Positions 20,601-28,977 of a stretch of 50,613 nucleotides of DNA are shown piece by piece. The DNA lies in contig CAZHCM010000001.1 of NCBI GenBank assembly GCA_964531005.1, positions 1-50,613 on the forward strand, written 5' to 3'. Origin of the DNA: an uncultured Sangeribacter sp. GTDB lineage: Bacteria > Bacteroidota > Bacteroidia > Bacteroidales > Muribaculaceae. Under the pieces are notes generated by a model. That model was not told where the DNA came from. It saw only the letters and a list, made by a program, of their open reading frames with translations, and searched no databases. Position 1 is the stretch's first letter; the number at the start of each line of letters is the position of its first letter. Made by a program: the position numbers and the translations under genes.

Positions 20601-21077
20601 GGCAGTGTCTGTTGTCACAGGTAGGGGAATGCTCCAGCTATTCTTGTCTTTCTTCGACTTGATCTTCCCCTTTTTGGTGAGCGTAATGGAGGTGGTGCCG
20701 GTCACCGCAGGGTATTTGGTGAGCGAGCTCAAAAAATCATATGACAGGTCCTCGTCAAACTCCTTGCACAGTGCCAATCCTTTCTTGTAGTTCTTCTTGC
20801 AGAATTCATAGTAGGCCATGGCGTAGGCAGTCTCGAAAAAATAGGTGACGGTGTCTCGTCTTACGATGCGGTGAGGAAACGCCTTGATCCTCCCCTCCGC
20901 CCTGCGTTTCTGCGCCCTTGCAACACGAGTCTCGGGCTGGATGAACTCCACCATCTCCATGACCATGGAGTCGACCCTTGACAGTGATGGCGTAGGGCAT
21001 GAAAAACCCAAGCCACACCACCCCATCAAGAGTGTCATGGCCAAAAGCAATCCCCTAAAGCCTTGTCTATACCTCAT
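17619..21077 (-). CDS. Exported TPR-CHAT protease no. 2
   Basis: Start MRYRQGFRGLLLAMTLLMGW (signal-like); TPR-like repeats (LGDYEEAVRHY, DNLGYVY); HFSTHGFF, SACETALG, GLQRAFRMAG, AWSSYVLIE. Confidence 0.88.
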   Translation of the reverse strand: MRYRQGFRGLLLAMTLLMGWCGLGFSCPTPSLSRVDSMVMEMVEFIQPETRVARAQKRRAEGRIKAFPHRIVRRDTVTYFFETAYAMAYYEFCKKNYKKGLALCKEFDEDLSYDFLSSLTKYPAVTGTTSITLTKKGKIKSKKDKNSWSIPLPVTTDTAVWNTRSPAQFVDALLDEIPMDLAYSSYHRLLAFYHANGGKLEWLNTYGRPSFFQRCKEAGREDVLHLIYRIWNVSEKDFEVKEKEGMNFTYRPISIDSRTLEGLHELLKSLDIGYNEAKADSLIAINQDPSPHVLSLLRLCYHQNRYRQLVDYGMTYAPYIKGKKAKVTFHDYWALACSRLGDYEEAVRHYDFALAMTDLAATRSTVSLNKAATLGEMGRTEEAVEIFRREWQNQKTPFEKFVWHDNLGYVYSFTDPAKALEHYEEAERYLDQGTLFDERKTRHFCRKAQMLSSNAYLRRQAIERALDYGRVRMGNKVAKGMGYVELGIFNHDAFNHEEAESNFQMAAACYEWLAPEDTRMYRLNLYRSRNLCALGRHDEAAGILSRQLAVQDSVFGKSNLESVRTLGALISAKAGAGDFKGLADLYQRYLLISETQSGAVSAYDDLITKTAYHIAAGEPHRALAILKEGMQGHLTALERIDLSCRLESIGRQTLDGAEYSALCQEIITPLKRQVVETLLLLTDAERKALQRPVQTLMDGFVAGGEVESALALNLFRKGLLLATRQSLEKEFASRRSTRKSYRQLKWLRKDLNHAVAYSDTANIPKLRTSISKLERDLCARISHDKKLRAEIDRNLSQVVQALGPDDVAIDFVRYHDGTAPSYGAFVITPTGNPILVSLGSETELLREPVKVWSPLIPHLNKAGDVYFCPDGALSGLGLEFLAAEGAEMMEGYRLHRAFHLADIMPSRKIDGRVVAVGVADHNSPVGEGDTISRGRWVDLPNVKYELEDIASHLPFASGILFDDEALEENVKSLDGNPINVLHFSTHGFFRSEKALEEAAGDPSSFDYNIARRTLSSGRNSLSGLVLRRGNLSWRAERILDDEDDILTAEEIEGLVFPDLQLTVLSACETALGNVDSEGVWGLQRAFRMAGSRSVLCTLAKVGDRETSLFMEALYAGLADGMTVYDAFRQARKALMAAYPDEPRAWSSYVLIE

Positions 21078-21195
21078 TCTGCCCTCCTTCGCAGTGCATT
21101 CCTGTGCCACTGCAACGCGGGCAGTCTGGCTCCACTGCCACGGCTGAGGATGTGACACAGAGCAGGAACACAGGAAGCGTCAGGTATCGTTTCAT
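21067..21195 (-). CDS. 42-aa secreted peptide with a CxxCxGxG (DnaJ-type Zn-finger) motif, or a remnant of one
   Basis: My translation: MKRYLTLPVFLLCVTSSAVA-VEPDCPRCSGTGMHCEGGQNEV*. Promoter TAATTTTG at 21226-21233; the stop overlaps the CHAT start region. Confidence 0.55.
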   Translation of the reverse strand: MKRYLTLPVFLLCVTSSAVAVEPDCPRCSGTGMHCEGGQNEV

Positions 21196-21322
21196 AAGCA
21201 TATTATCCCAGATTAGATTGTTGCACAAAATTAGGGATTTTCGGGCACATCTGCAAATTCCCCAATACCGGATTTTGCCTATGCCTGAATGTGGTTGACT
21301 GTTGCCCCGGGCACACCCATAG

Positions 21323-21364
21323 ACGTGACAGACGCCCCGCTTCGCAGTGGGGCGTCTGTCACGT
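21323..21364. terminator. Strong stem-loop closing the kinase operon / candidate sRNA
   Basis: acgtgacagacgccccgct-tcgc-agtggggcgtctgtcacgt (19-bp arms, one mismatch). Confidence 0.75.
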
Positions 21365-21450
21365 GTTTTCCATAATACTTAACTAACTAACCTAACATCA
21401 TGAAACAAATTTCTCTTGCTTTCGATAGGTAAACACCCCTCCTCCTCCGA
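21323..21450 (-). ncRNA. Candidate small RNA
   Basis: Near-consensus promoter TAACTTTC at about 21449-21456, U-rich body (UUUGUUUCAUGAUGUUAGGUUAGUUAGUUAAG), terminal hairpin, no ORF. Confidence 0.35.
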
Positions 21451-21553
21451 AAGTTAAAATCAGGAGGAAAGTTTAATCTTTCTGTAACAATCCACTACCC
21501 GAACACTTGACCTGTCCCCAGGTTATTCCAATGGGAGCACAAGTAGAGGCCAC

Positions 21554-22090
21554 TTATGCCTCATCCCACTGCAACTGCTCGTGGTAGGGCTGGACGGGGT
21601 TGGAACCATGTGCGTTTACACCGTCCTCTCCTGCATCCTTGAATAGATAGATGCATCCGGCTCCGAAAATGACTATGGTGAAGATGTTGAGAAAGAAGAT
21701 GGGTATCAGGGGCACCAGGGAATACCAGTGGGACACACCTGTGTCATGGGTTCTCTTCACGCCTGCGGCTATCGCAATGTATGCCGAAGGGATCATACAT
21801 ACAATGGCAAAGACATATTTCTCACCTTCCGTAAGTACCTCCACTCCCAATGCTCCCAAGACAAATCCTCCAAGCAGCGCCATATAGAAATACAGCACCA
21901 CGCAACCTACTAACGTAAGCACATATTCCAGCCTACCGATACGCCCGGAAAACTTGTACCAGCGTGAGAACATCTTTGAGTTGTCAATAGGCGCCTGGAA
22001 GTGTCGGCATAGGGTCTCGTCTTGGACCTCGTAGTGGGCACACTCGTGGAAGTCACGGCCACAGCGCGCACATTGGTTGATATTACACAT
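21554..22090 (-). CDS. DUF805-family membrane protein with a Cys-rich N-terminus
   Basis: FSGRIGRLEY...AGVKRTHDTG.S.W...G..GVNAHG.NP; N-terminal CARC...C...C. Confidence 0.85.
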   Translation of the reverse strand: MCNINQCARCGRDFHECAHYEVQDETLCRHFQAPIDNSKMFSRWYKFSGRIGRLEYVLTLVGCVVLYFYMALLGGFVLGALGVEVLTEGEKYVFAIVCMIPSAYIAIAAGVKRTHDTGVSHWYSLVPLIPIFFLNIFTIVIFGAGCIYLFKDAGEDGVNAHGSNPVQPYHEQLQWDEA

Positions 22091-22126
22091 GTCAATAGTG
22101 ATTTGAAATGTTGTTGGCTGCTCAAG

Positions 22127-22933
22127 TTATTTCTCCACGAATTGGAAAAGCTCGTCGGGAGTGAAATCAATATCCACGCAATCCTTTGATTTGTTGCCAT
22201 AATATCTATACAGCATCCCGATTCCTTCTGAGGTAAAGAGTTTCATATCTTTCTGCATGGCGTGATCTTGCCAGGAATTCGCGAAATCAGCTGTCATGTC
22301 ATCTTTTAGTTGACTGGCGTTTTTCTTAAGAAAATTAAAATCCAGCAATTCCTCATCCACTTCTACATACACCACTGCCCTATCATCCACAAGGGCATAT
22401 TTAGTGATAGTCATACCTTCCATTATCTTTTGAGGACAAGTGTTATTCTGAATTGCCATCTTATTCTCAATCAACATCATTCTTCTTTCATGCTCCGACA
22501 TGGGATTGTCCTTGATGGCTTTCAAGTCCTCGTAAGTGAGCTCCAAGCGTGTTGTCTTTCCTGTAGAAGGGAGTTTAAATGTCATTACCAGCCCAGCCCC
22601 TGCATTGATCATTTCCTTAAGAATCTCTTCACTTGCCCCAGCCTGTAAGAGGAGTCTGATATTGTTCAGCATGGCTTCACGATTCTTCTTAAGAAAGAGG
22701 GCGTTTCCATACTCCTCATTGCATGCATAGTACATAAAGACCATCCTGGCCTTCTCATTATACTCGATGCTTAAGAGATCCCCGGCGGAGCCCTGGTTGA
22801 TGGGACACATCGCATTAGCCATTGCAATGTCCTTTTTCAGCTTTTTCACATTCTCATCCTGGCATCCAGCCAGTGTCAGCACTGCAATCACCAGCACTGA
22901 GAACACGTATATCAGACGTTTCATATTTTCCAT
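22127..22933 (-). CDS. Lipoprotein with an internally duplicated domain
   Basis: Lipobox LAGC; two repeats starting NAMCP / NNTCP and ending LELTYEDL / IDFTPDEL. Confidence 0.8.
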   Translation of the reverse strand: MENMKRLIYVFSVLVIAVLTLAGCQDENVKKLKKDIAMANAMCPINQGSAGDLLSIEYNEKARMVFMYYACNEEYGNALFLKKNREAMLNNIRLLLQAGASEEILKEMINAGAGLVMTFKLPSTGKTTRLELTYEDLKAIKDNPMSEHERRMMLIENKMAIQNNTCPQKIMEGMTITKYALVDDRAVVYVEVDEELLDFNFLKKNASQLKDDMTADFANSWQDHAMQKDMKLFTSEGIGMLYRYYGNKSKDCVDIDFTPDELFQFVEK

Positions 22934-22954
22934 TTTTATTCTGTCGTTAGTTTC

Positions 22955-24202
22955 TTATCGAATTTTTAGTCTCTTTACATAGTATTGGGTGCCTGAAGAT
23001 ATGTTGATATACTTCACATGAGAAGGGAGAACAGGATAGACCTCATAAAACGTAATTGGGTTGGTGTCATATGAAACCTGAGGAGTATCCTCAAGACCGA
23101 GGCTGCTGCTCTGCAAGTAAAATCTCAATCCGGTCTCCGCATCTTCGATAAATTCTTTTTTGGTGCTGTACATGTAAGTACCTCTCTCCTTTGGTATTAC
23201 ACTTTTGTAGAGGATTGTTTGACCATCTTGGATGTCTATTCCAGAGATACTCCATCTGTAGTACTCCGTCTCAAGATTTGCATCTTGCACTTCCAATCCC
23301 ATGCCTTCTTTATGGTTGCCACCCTCTTTCAGCTCTATGCCTTTGACCCACCAGCCGTCGGGCCCCTCTGAGAAGTCAAAGGAAGTGGTGCCTGCGGGCA
23401 ATGGAGGGAAGTAGAGCTTGAAACTGAGGGATACATTATTGCCGGTGAACCATCTCGGGTAATTCGTATGCTCGGGAGCTAACGCGATACCTTCGGCATT
23501 GGTGAGATAGAGACGCTTTCCGTTTGCGGTGATGTAGCTGTTCTTGTCTATGCTGCACCATTGGTACATCCCCCCATTGTAGGATTTCATATCAAGGATA
23601 GTGGCTTCCGGAGTCAGGGTGACTTTCTCCACCGATAACTCACGATCAACCTTTGAGGCAATCTGCGGATGGTCAAACACTCTGACATCGCCCGGAAGGA
23701 GCCCAGTGTTGGCGGACACCTGCTCGCTTTCCAACTTGTGATATTCATCCAAGAAGCTGTCGGCCGAACTGCTAAGGGCCTCCAGCATCTCCGGGATTAC
23801 GGCAATGAAACTCTTTACATCCTTGGTGTACATCTCACAAGAGAACGCTGCAATTTTTCCAGTCGAGTAGGTGCATACCGGCTTGCCGCCTCCGGCCTGG
23901 TAGGCAGCCTCGTTGGCCAACACTGGGTCAAAGCCTTCCGGCAAGGAGAACAGTCCCGTCAGCGACAGATAGAGCGTGGTGGGATTCTGGGCATGGACCG
24001 AGGCAAAATAGGTGGTTCCATCATATTTGAAAGACATGTCCTCGTCTCCAGTATCCTGGATATTGGTGGCATATCGCTTCAGGGCGTTGAAGATCTCGGT
24101 CTTGGCCTTCTTTTGCGCCGGAGTGAGCTGTGTGGCGCTCGCGGCCACACAGCTCGTCAGAACAACTATAATGATTAAGAAAAACTTCTTCATGATTGTC
24201 AT
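22955..24202 (-). CDS. Exported multidomain protein (YbjN-like N-domain plus two Bacteroidales beta-sandwich domains)
   Basis: Signal peptide ...AASA; MSFKYDGTTYF; repeated module VEKVTLT..ATIL...FKLYFPPLP...FDFSEG and ISGIDIQ..QTIL...FYEVYPVLP. Confidence 0.7.
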   Translation of the reverse strand: MTIMKKFFLIIIVVLTSCVAASATQLTPAQKKAKTEIFNALKRYATNIQDTGDEDMSFKYDGTTYFASVHAQNPTTLYLSLTGLFSLPEGFDPVLANEAAYQAGGGKPVCTYSTGKIAAFSCEMYTKDVKSFIAVIPEMLEALSSSADSFLDEYHKLESEQVSANTGLLPGDVRVFDHPQIASKVDRELSVEKVTLTPEATILDMKSYNGGMYQWCSIDKNSYITANGKRLYLTNAEGIALAPEHTNYPRWFTGNNVSLSFKLYFPPLPAGTTSFDFSEGPDGWWVKGIELKEGGNHKEGMGLEVQDANLETEYYRWSISGIDIQDGQTILYKSVIPKERGTYMYSTKKEFIEDAETGLRFYLQSSSLGLEDTPQVSYDTNPITFYEVYPVLPSHVKYINISSGTQYYVKRLKIR

Positions 24203-24232
24203 GCTTGTTCGTTTCCTCAGTTGATTTCAGGT

Positions 24233-25810
24233 TTATCTCCAAATGTTTACTACATTGGCCGATCCAATGTCGCCATATTGGGCGGCAAGCTCCGTGAAAT
24301 ATGAGGCCATGCTGTGGTCCACTTCCGTGCCTCGGCCAAAACGATAGCAAGCCGCCAAATCCCGGAAGATATTGCCAAGCATCTCATCATCAAACACGGC
24401 TATATGGTTGACCGCTTCATTAAGATATTTGAATGCCTTGTCGTAGTTTCTTGACACAAGGTAGTCTCCATCATAGTAGAATAGTCCCAGCAACCCCATT
24501 GAGTAATAGTTGCCGGCATCGCAGGCCTTTTGCAGGTATTCCAACGCCTTTGGCTCATCCTTGGGTACAATCTCTCCCTCACTATATTCGTATCCCAGGG
24601 AGTGAAGAGCCTGTGAATACCCGTCCTCTGCTGCCATTCTCAGGTAGCGAAGAGCCTCAGAGTTATTCTTTGCAACGCCCTCGCCACCTCGATAGAGTCT
24701 ATATAGGCGATATTGCGAATAGTTGTTGCCCCTGTCTGCTGCTTTAAGATAATATGAAATGGCAGTTCCGAGGTTCTTGGCAACCCCTTGGCCATTCTCA
24801 TAGCAGGAACCTAATCTCACCAATCCCTCAGTAATATCTGCATCGGCAGCTTGCTTGACATACTGAAAGCCTTTTGATTCGTTTTTAGGCACTCCAAGGC
24901 CATGTAGATACATCCCTCCTAACATGGCTATGGCTTCCATATCACCAGCATCGGAGGCTTTTCCATACCATTCGGCGGCCTTCTCGTTGTCTTCCTGCAC
25001 TCCGATGCCATAATAATACAGGTCTCCCTGGACCTTCATGGCTTGAGGCTCCTGCTGTGCGAGGGCTGCGTTAAGGTATTTCTGGGCCTCGTTATAATCT
25101 ACATCGACATGATTACCGACCAGGTAGGCTTTTGCCACTTCGCACTGAGCCTTCGCGTTGCCATTGTTGGCAGCCGCATAGTAGAGACCCAAAGCCTCCT
25201 GTTCGTCCTTGAGCACGCCATTGCCCTCTACGTAACATATTCCGAGATAATAGGCGGCAGTGGCATTACCGTGCTCAACACCCTTTTTAAGCCATTTCAC
25301 AGCTGTGTAGGGATCCTTCTTGACATACCCATCCAACCCCTGGAGATAGAGAATACCCATCTGGGTCTCAGCGTCGTCATCTCCAAGATCGGCCGCGCTG
25401 GTAAGATACTTGAGCCAGAGAGAGTAGTTGGTAGATTCATACAGCCCATCCCTATACATCTGTGAAATCAGATAGTGCGCTCCCGGATCATTCTGTTTGA
25501 GGGCCTTCTGGGCCAGGTCCCAGGCCTGCTTATAGTCTCTGAGGACTCCTGTGCCATTGATATAGCAATAGGCCAACGACACCAAGGCGGGGGCATAGTT
25601 CTTTTTGGCCGCTTTCGAGAGCCAGACAACTGCCTCGCTAACATCCTCATCCACTCCACCAGTGCCCTGCCAGTAGCACAGGGCAAGATTATACATTGCT
25701 TCCTTGTCTCCCTTATCGGCATACTTCCGGTAGAGGGAGGCGTTCTGTGCCGAGAAGGCGAATGTCGTGCCGATCAGCAGCACGAGCATCAAGAGTTGTT
25801 TGAATTTCAT
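24233..25810 (-). CDS. Exported Sel1-repeat protein B
   Basis: Signal peptide, then many A..G...A...LG.CY..G.GV.KD...A..WY..A repeats. Confidence 0.93.
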   Translation of the reverse strand: MKFKQLLMLVLLIGTTFAFSAQNASLYRKYADKGDKEAMYNLALCYWQGTGGVDEDVSEAVVWLSKAAKKNYAPALVSLAYCYINGTGVLRDYKQAWDLAQKALKQNDPGAHYLISQMYRDGLYESTNYSLWLKYLTSAADLGDDDAETQMGILYLQGLDGYVKKDPYTAVKWLKKGVEHGNATAAYYLGICYVEGNGVLKDEQEALGLYYAAANNGNAKAQCEVAKAYLVGNHVDVDYNEAQKYLNAALAQQEPQAMKVQGDLYYYGIGVQEDNEKAAEWYGKASDAGDMEAIAMLGGMYLHGLGVPKNESKGFQYVKQAADADITEGLVRLGSCYENGQGVAKNLGTAISYYLKAADRGNNYSQYRLYRLYRGGEGVAKNNSEALRYLRMAAEDGYSQALHSLGYEYSEGEIVPKDEPKALEYLQKACDAGNYYSMGLLGLFYYDGDYLVSRNYDKAFKYLNEAVNHIAVFDDEMLGNIFRDLAACYRFGRGTEVDHSMASYFTELAAQYGDIGSANVVNIWR

Positions 25811-25831
25811 ATCGGTTAATGTTGTTTAGTC

Positions 25832-27301
25832 TTAGTCATAATATCCCATGTCTTGGAGAACCTGAATGACTTGCGCGCCATCCTTGTAGCCGGCATTCTT
25901 GGCCTTCTTGGCGTACGAGTCGGCCGAACTCCAGTCCTTGACATTTAAGAAATGCCACGCCAGGGGGCCGTAGGCGGGAGCATAGCCTTGGTTGGCAAGG
26001 GTCTGCACGGTCACGTAGTCGCCATTGGCGAGGGCACTCTTCAACCTGGCACCCTTGTCATCGACAGGCTTCGCCTCCTGCTTGGAGGCCTCTTTCGTAG
26101 CGGCAGTCGGTGACGCTGTGGACGACGCCCCGGGCTTGGCTTGCGGCTCCGTTTGTTCGACCTGAGGCGCCGGAGCCTCACCCTTTGGCTTGATCTCGGG
26201 GATGTCACCGGGTACTTCCTGCACAGGTTCCTCCTCTTCCAGCGGGGTAATCTGGATAAAGTCTTCCCTGGAGGGCTGGTCCTGCTTTTCGGATGGCCAG
26301 ATCAGGAAGAGAAGGAGGATTAGGGCGGCCAGCCATGCCACCGCAATCCAGATGCGCTTGGTGTTGGAATGAGGTTCGGGAGCCGGGTAGGGCATCCCCT
26401 CGCCTCCGTCCGTCACCTCCGGCTCAATGGGCGGAGGGGGTGGGAGCACCTCCTCGTCGTCGTCCTGCGGCAGGCGCCAGGTCGGGTTCGCAGGGCGGCC
26501 ATCGAGGATGGCTTCGGAAAATTCCATCAACTGCCGGGCCGTGGGGCGGTCCCAGGTCTCCTTGGCCAGGCACGACCGCATCACCATGTTGAGGTCTTTC
26601 GACCATTGATGACCCAACACAGGGAGTTCGGCCCCGTTCTTCTGCATTCCTCCGCCGAAACCCTCGAAGGGGAGCTGGCCGGTGGCGAGCTCATAGATCG
26701 AGGCTCCGAGCGACCAAATGTCGGAAGCCTTGACGGGGGAGGGATTGCTTGAAAAGCGCTCCGGGCCCATGTAGGCGGTGGCCCCTGCGTTGCCGGCAAG
26801 GCGCGACTGCCTGCGCAGCGTGGCGCGTAGCTGCATGCTGATGCCGAAATCGGAGATCAGATAGCGACCCTCCTCGTCCACAAGCACGTTGTCAGGCTTG
26901 ATGTCCTGGTGGATGATCGGGTCCTGGCGCCCGTGTAGATGGCGCAGGCCGGCCGAGACGTCGTGTATGAAATGCCAGATGGCATACTCGTCCATGCTCC
27001 CAGCCTTTGCTGACACCGGGCCATCCATGCAATATTTCATCACAAGGAAGGGACGTCTGCGCCATATCCCGAAATATGTCGCTGTGAGGAGATTGGGATG
27101 GTGGACGTCCCTGGCTATCTCATACTCCCGTTGGAAGTCCGAGACTCCTTTGTCGTCGAGCGAGATGTATATCTTCACGGCCACGTCCGAATCGGTGCTC
27201 TCGTCACGGGCGAGCCACACCTCCCCGAAGCTGCCCCTTCCCTTGAACGTCTTCAGGGTGAAGCGGTCTTCGATCTTCAGGCCTTCTTTTATTTCTTCCA
27301 T
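25832..27301 (-). CDS. Membrane Ser/Thr protein kinase B (non-RD)
   Basis: GRGSFGEV, VAVK, HQDIKPDN, DFG, YMGPE, DIWSLG; TM IWIAVAWLAALILLLFLIW; periplasmic tail. Confidence 0.93.
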   Translation of the reverse strand: MEEIKEGLKIEDRFTLKTFKGRGSFGEVWLARDESTDSDVAVKIYISLDDKGVSDFQREYEIARDVHHPNLLTATYFGIWRRRPFLVMKYCMDGPVSAKAGSMDEYAIWHFIHDVSAGLRHLHGRQDPIIHQDIKPDNVLVDEEGRYLISDFGISMQLRATLRRQSRLAGNAGATAYMGPERFSSNPSPVKASDIWSLGASIYELATGQLPFEGFGGGMQKNGAELPVLGHQWSKDLNMVMRSCLAKETWDRPTARQLMEFSEAILDGRPANPTWRLPQDDDEEVLPPPPPIEPEVTDGGEGMPYPAPEPHSNTKRIWIAVAWLAALILLLFLIWPSEKQDQPSREDFIQITPLEEEEPVQEVPGDIPEIKPKGEAPAPQVEQTEPQAKPGASSTASPTAATKEASKQEAKPVDDKGARLKSALANGDYVTVQTLANQGYAPAYGPLAWHFLNVKDWSSADSYAKKAKNAGYKDGAQVIQVLQDMGYYD

Positions 27302-27370
27302 TTCTTCTGTTTTGGTTAGTGGTTGGATGTCATTGCTTCCTATTGCCGAGGGTTGAACTATTTACCAGGC

Positions 27371-28960
27371 TTACCTATTGTCCGTGGCTTGCCTGGAGCC
27401 CTCGTCGCCTGCCTCGGCAGCCAGCCCGGTGTATTTGTTGGCCAGGTAACGGTCCACCTCGGTGCCACGCCCGAACCGGTAGCATGCGCCAAGGAACTTG
27501 TAGACGGCTGCCAGAGTGGTGGGGTTGGAGATTGCGAGAGGATGTGCGGCCGCCTCGCGCAGGTAGCGAAACGCCTTGGCGTAGTCCTGCGGCAGGAAGG
27601 AATCCCCATGGTAATAGGCCAGTCCCAGGAGGGCCATCGTGGGGTAGCTCTTGGCCTCGCATGCCTTTTCATAATACTCCATCGCCTTGGCCATGTCTTT
27701 GGCGAAGACATAGTCACCCCTGCGATACTCCTCCCCCATGGCATGCAGTGCCTCGGGTGCGTTTGTGCGTTCCCCCCTGAGGAGAAAATCCCTGGCCTCA
27801 GCCTTGTTGGCAGTGGTGCCAATGCCATATTTCTTCATGCGATACAGGTTGGCCAACGCCCTTCCATCCTCCTTTTCCCCGGCACATTTCAAATACCATG
27901 CATATGCCGCGGGCAAATTTTGCGTAGTGCCCAATGCCTTCTCGTAGCAATAGGCCAACTCATACATGGCTTCTGCGTTTCCGGCTTTCGCTTCTTGGTG
28001 ATAGGTAGAGTAAGCTCTCTGAATGTCCTTGGATACCCCCAAGCCTTTCTGATACATCTTGGCCAAGGCCATGGCGCGGTCGTTCAGGCCAAGGCTGATC
28101 GCCTTCTGATAGGCCTCAGCCGCCTTCTTGTAATCCTGCTGGCGGCCGATACCCTCGAAGCACATGTCGCCCAACAACTGGTATGCCTTCGGGTCCTTGC
28201 TTGCGACGGCGGAGTCAATGCATTTCCTGGCCTCCTCCGAGGAGATGTCTGTGTGATTGCCTTCGTAGTAGGCCAACGCCACAATATATTGCGACGTATG
28301 GTCGCCAAGCAGGGCCTCTTTTTTATGGTAAGGCAAGGCGTGTACCCTCTCCTTGGTCGGATCGCCTGTCAGCTCCATGCACTTGGCGAGATACTCCTCG
28401 GCAGTGGGGTTCTGTTGGGCAGCAGCCTTCTTGAACCATTCCATAGCCTTCTCGAGATCATAGGGCTTCTCGAGATCATCCGTGCCGGTGAAATATGCCA
28501 TGCCCAACTCTATCTGCGCCTCTGCCACTCCCTTGTCGGCTGCCGTCTCCAAGTTTTGTCGCCATGCGCCTAAGTTCTTGGGCGTATAGTAGCCGTTCTT
28601 GTACATGCCAGCCAGGATATAGTAGCCTACAGGCTGCCCACGGTCTATCATATCATGGGCCATATCCCAGGCTTTCAGATAATTCTTGGGGGTGCCGATG
28701 GCGTTTACATAGCAGTCGGCCAACTTGATCTGGGCCGGGGCATATTTCTTTGCAGCCGCCTTCTCAAGCCATCCCACCCCCTGGGTCGGGTCCTCGCCTA
28801 CTCCGCCGGTGCCGGTAAAATAACAGTCGGCAAGCTTATACATGGCTTCCTTGTCGCCCTTCTCGGCATACTTCCGGTAGAAAGAGGCGTCCTGTGCGTG
28901 GAGCAGGGTCGCCATGCACAGCATCACCCATAGGAGCAACGAATGTCTATGATTCTTCAT
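27371..28960 (-). CDS. Exported Sel1-repeat protein A
   Basis: Signal peptide ...LLHA|QDAS; Sel1 repeats; paralog of 24233-25810. Confidence 0.93.
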   Translation of the reverse strand: MKNHRHSLLLWVMLCMATLLHAQDASFYRKYAEKGDKEAMYKLADCYFTGTGGVGEDPTQGVGWLEKAAAKKYAPAQIKLADCYVNAIGTPKNYLKAWDMAHDMIDRGQPVGYYILAGMYKNGYYTPKNLGAWRQNLETAADKGVAEAQIELGMAYFTGTDDLEKPYDLEKAMEWFKKAAAQQNPTAEEYLAKCMELTGDPTKERVHALPYHKKEALLGDHTSQYIVALAYYEGNHTDISSEEARKCIDSAVASKDPKAYQLLGDMCFEGIGRQQDYKKAAEAYQKAISLGLNDRAMALAKMYQKGLGVSKDIQRAYSTYHQEAKAGNAEAMYELAYCYEKALGTTQNLPAAYAWYLKCAGEKEDGRALANLYRMKKYGIGTTANKAEARDFLLRGERTNAPEALHAMGEEYRRGDYVFAKDMAKAMEYYEKACEAKSYPTMALLGLAYYHGDSFLPQDYAKAFRYLREAAAHPLAISNPTTLAAVYKFLGACYRFGRGTEVDRYLANKYTGLAAEAGDEGSRQATDNR

Positions 28961-28977
28961 ATTAGATCAGATGTGGG

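Noticed and set aside
10465-21077. CRISPR-associated protease (Craspase) locus
   Set aside because: No repeat-spacer array or Cas gene anywhere in the window, and the CHAT proteins have signal peptides.
27323-28573. Long plus-strand ORFs (also 1956-2930, 3852-5300, 40140-41186, 44629-45867, 46504-47934 and others)
   Set aside because: They are antisense shadows of well-supported minus-strand genes in GC-rich DNA, with no recognisable motifs.
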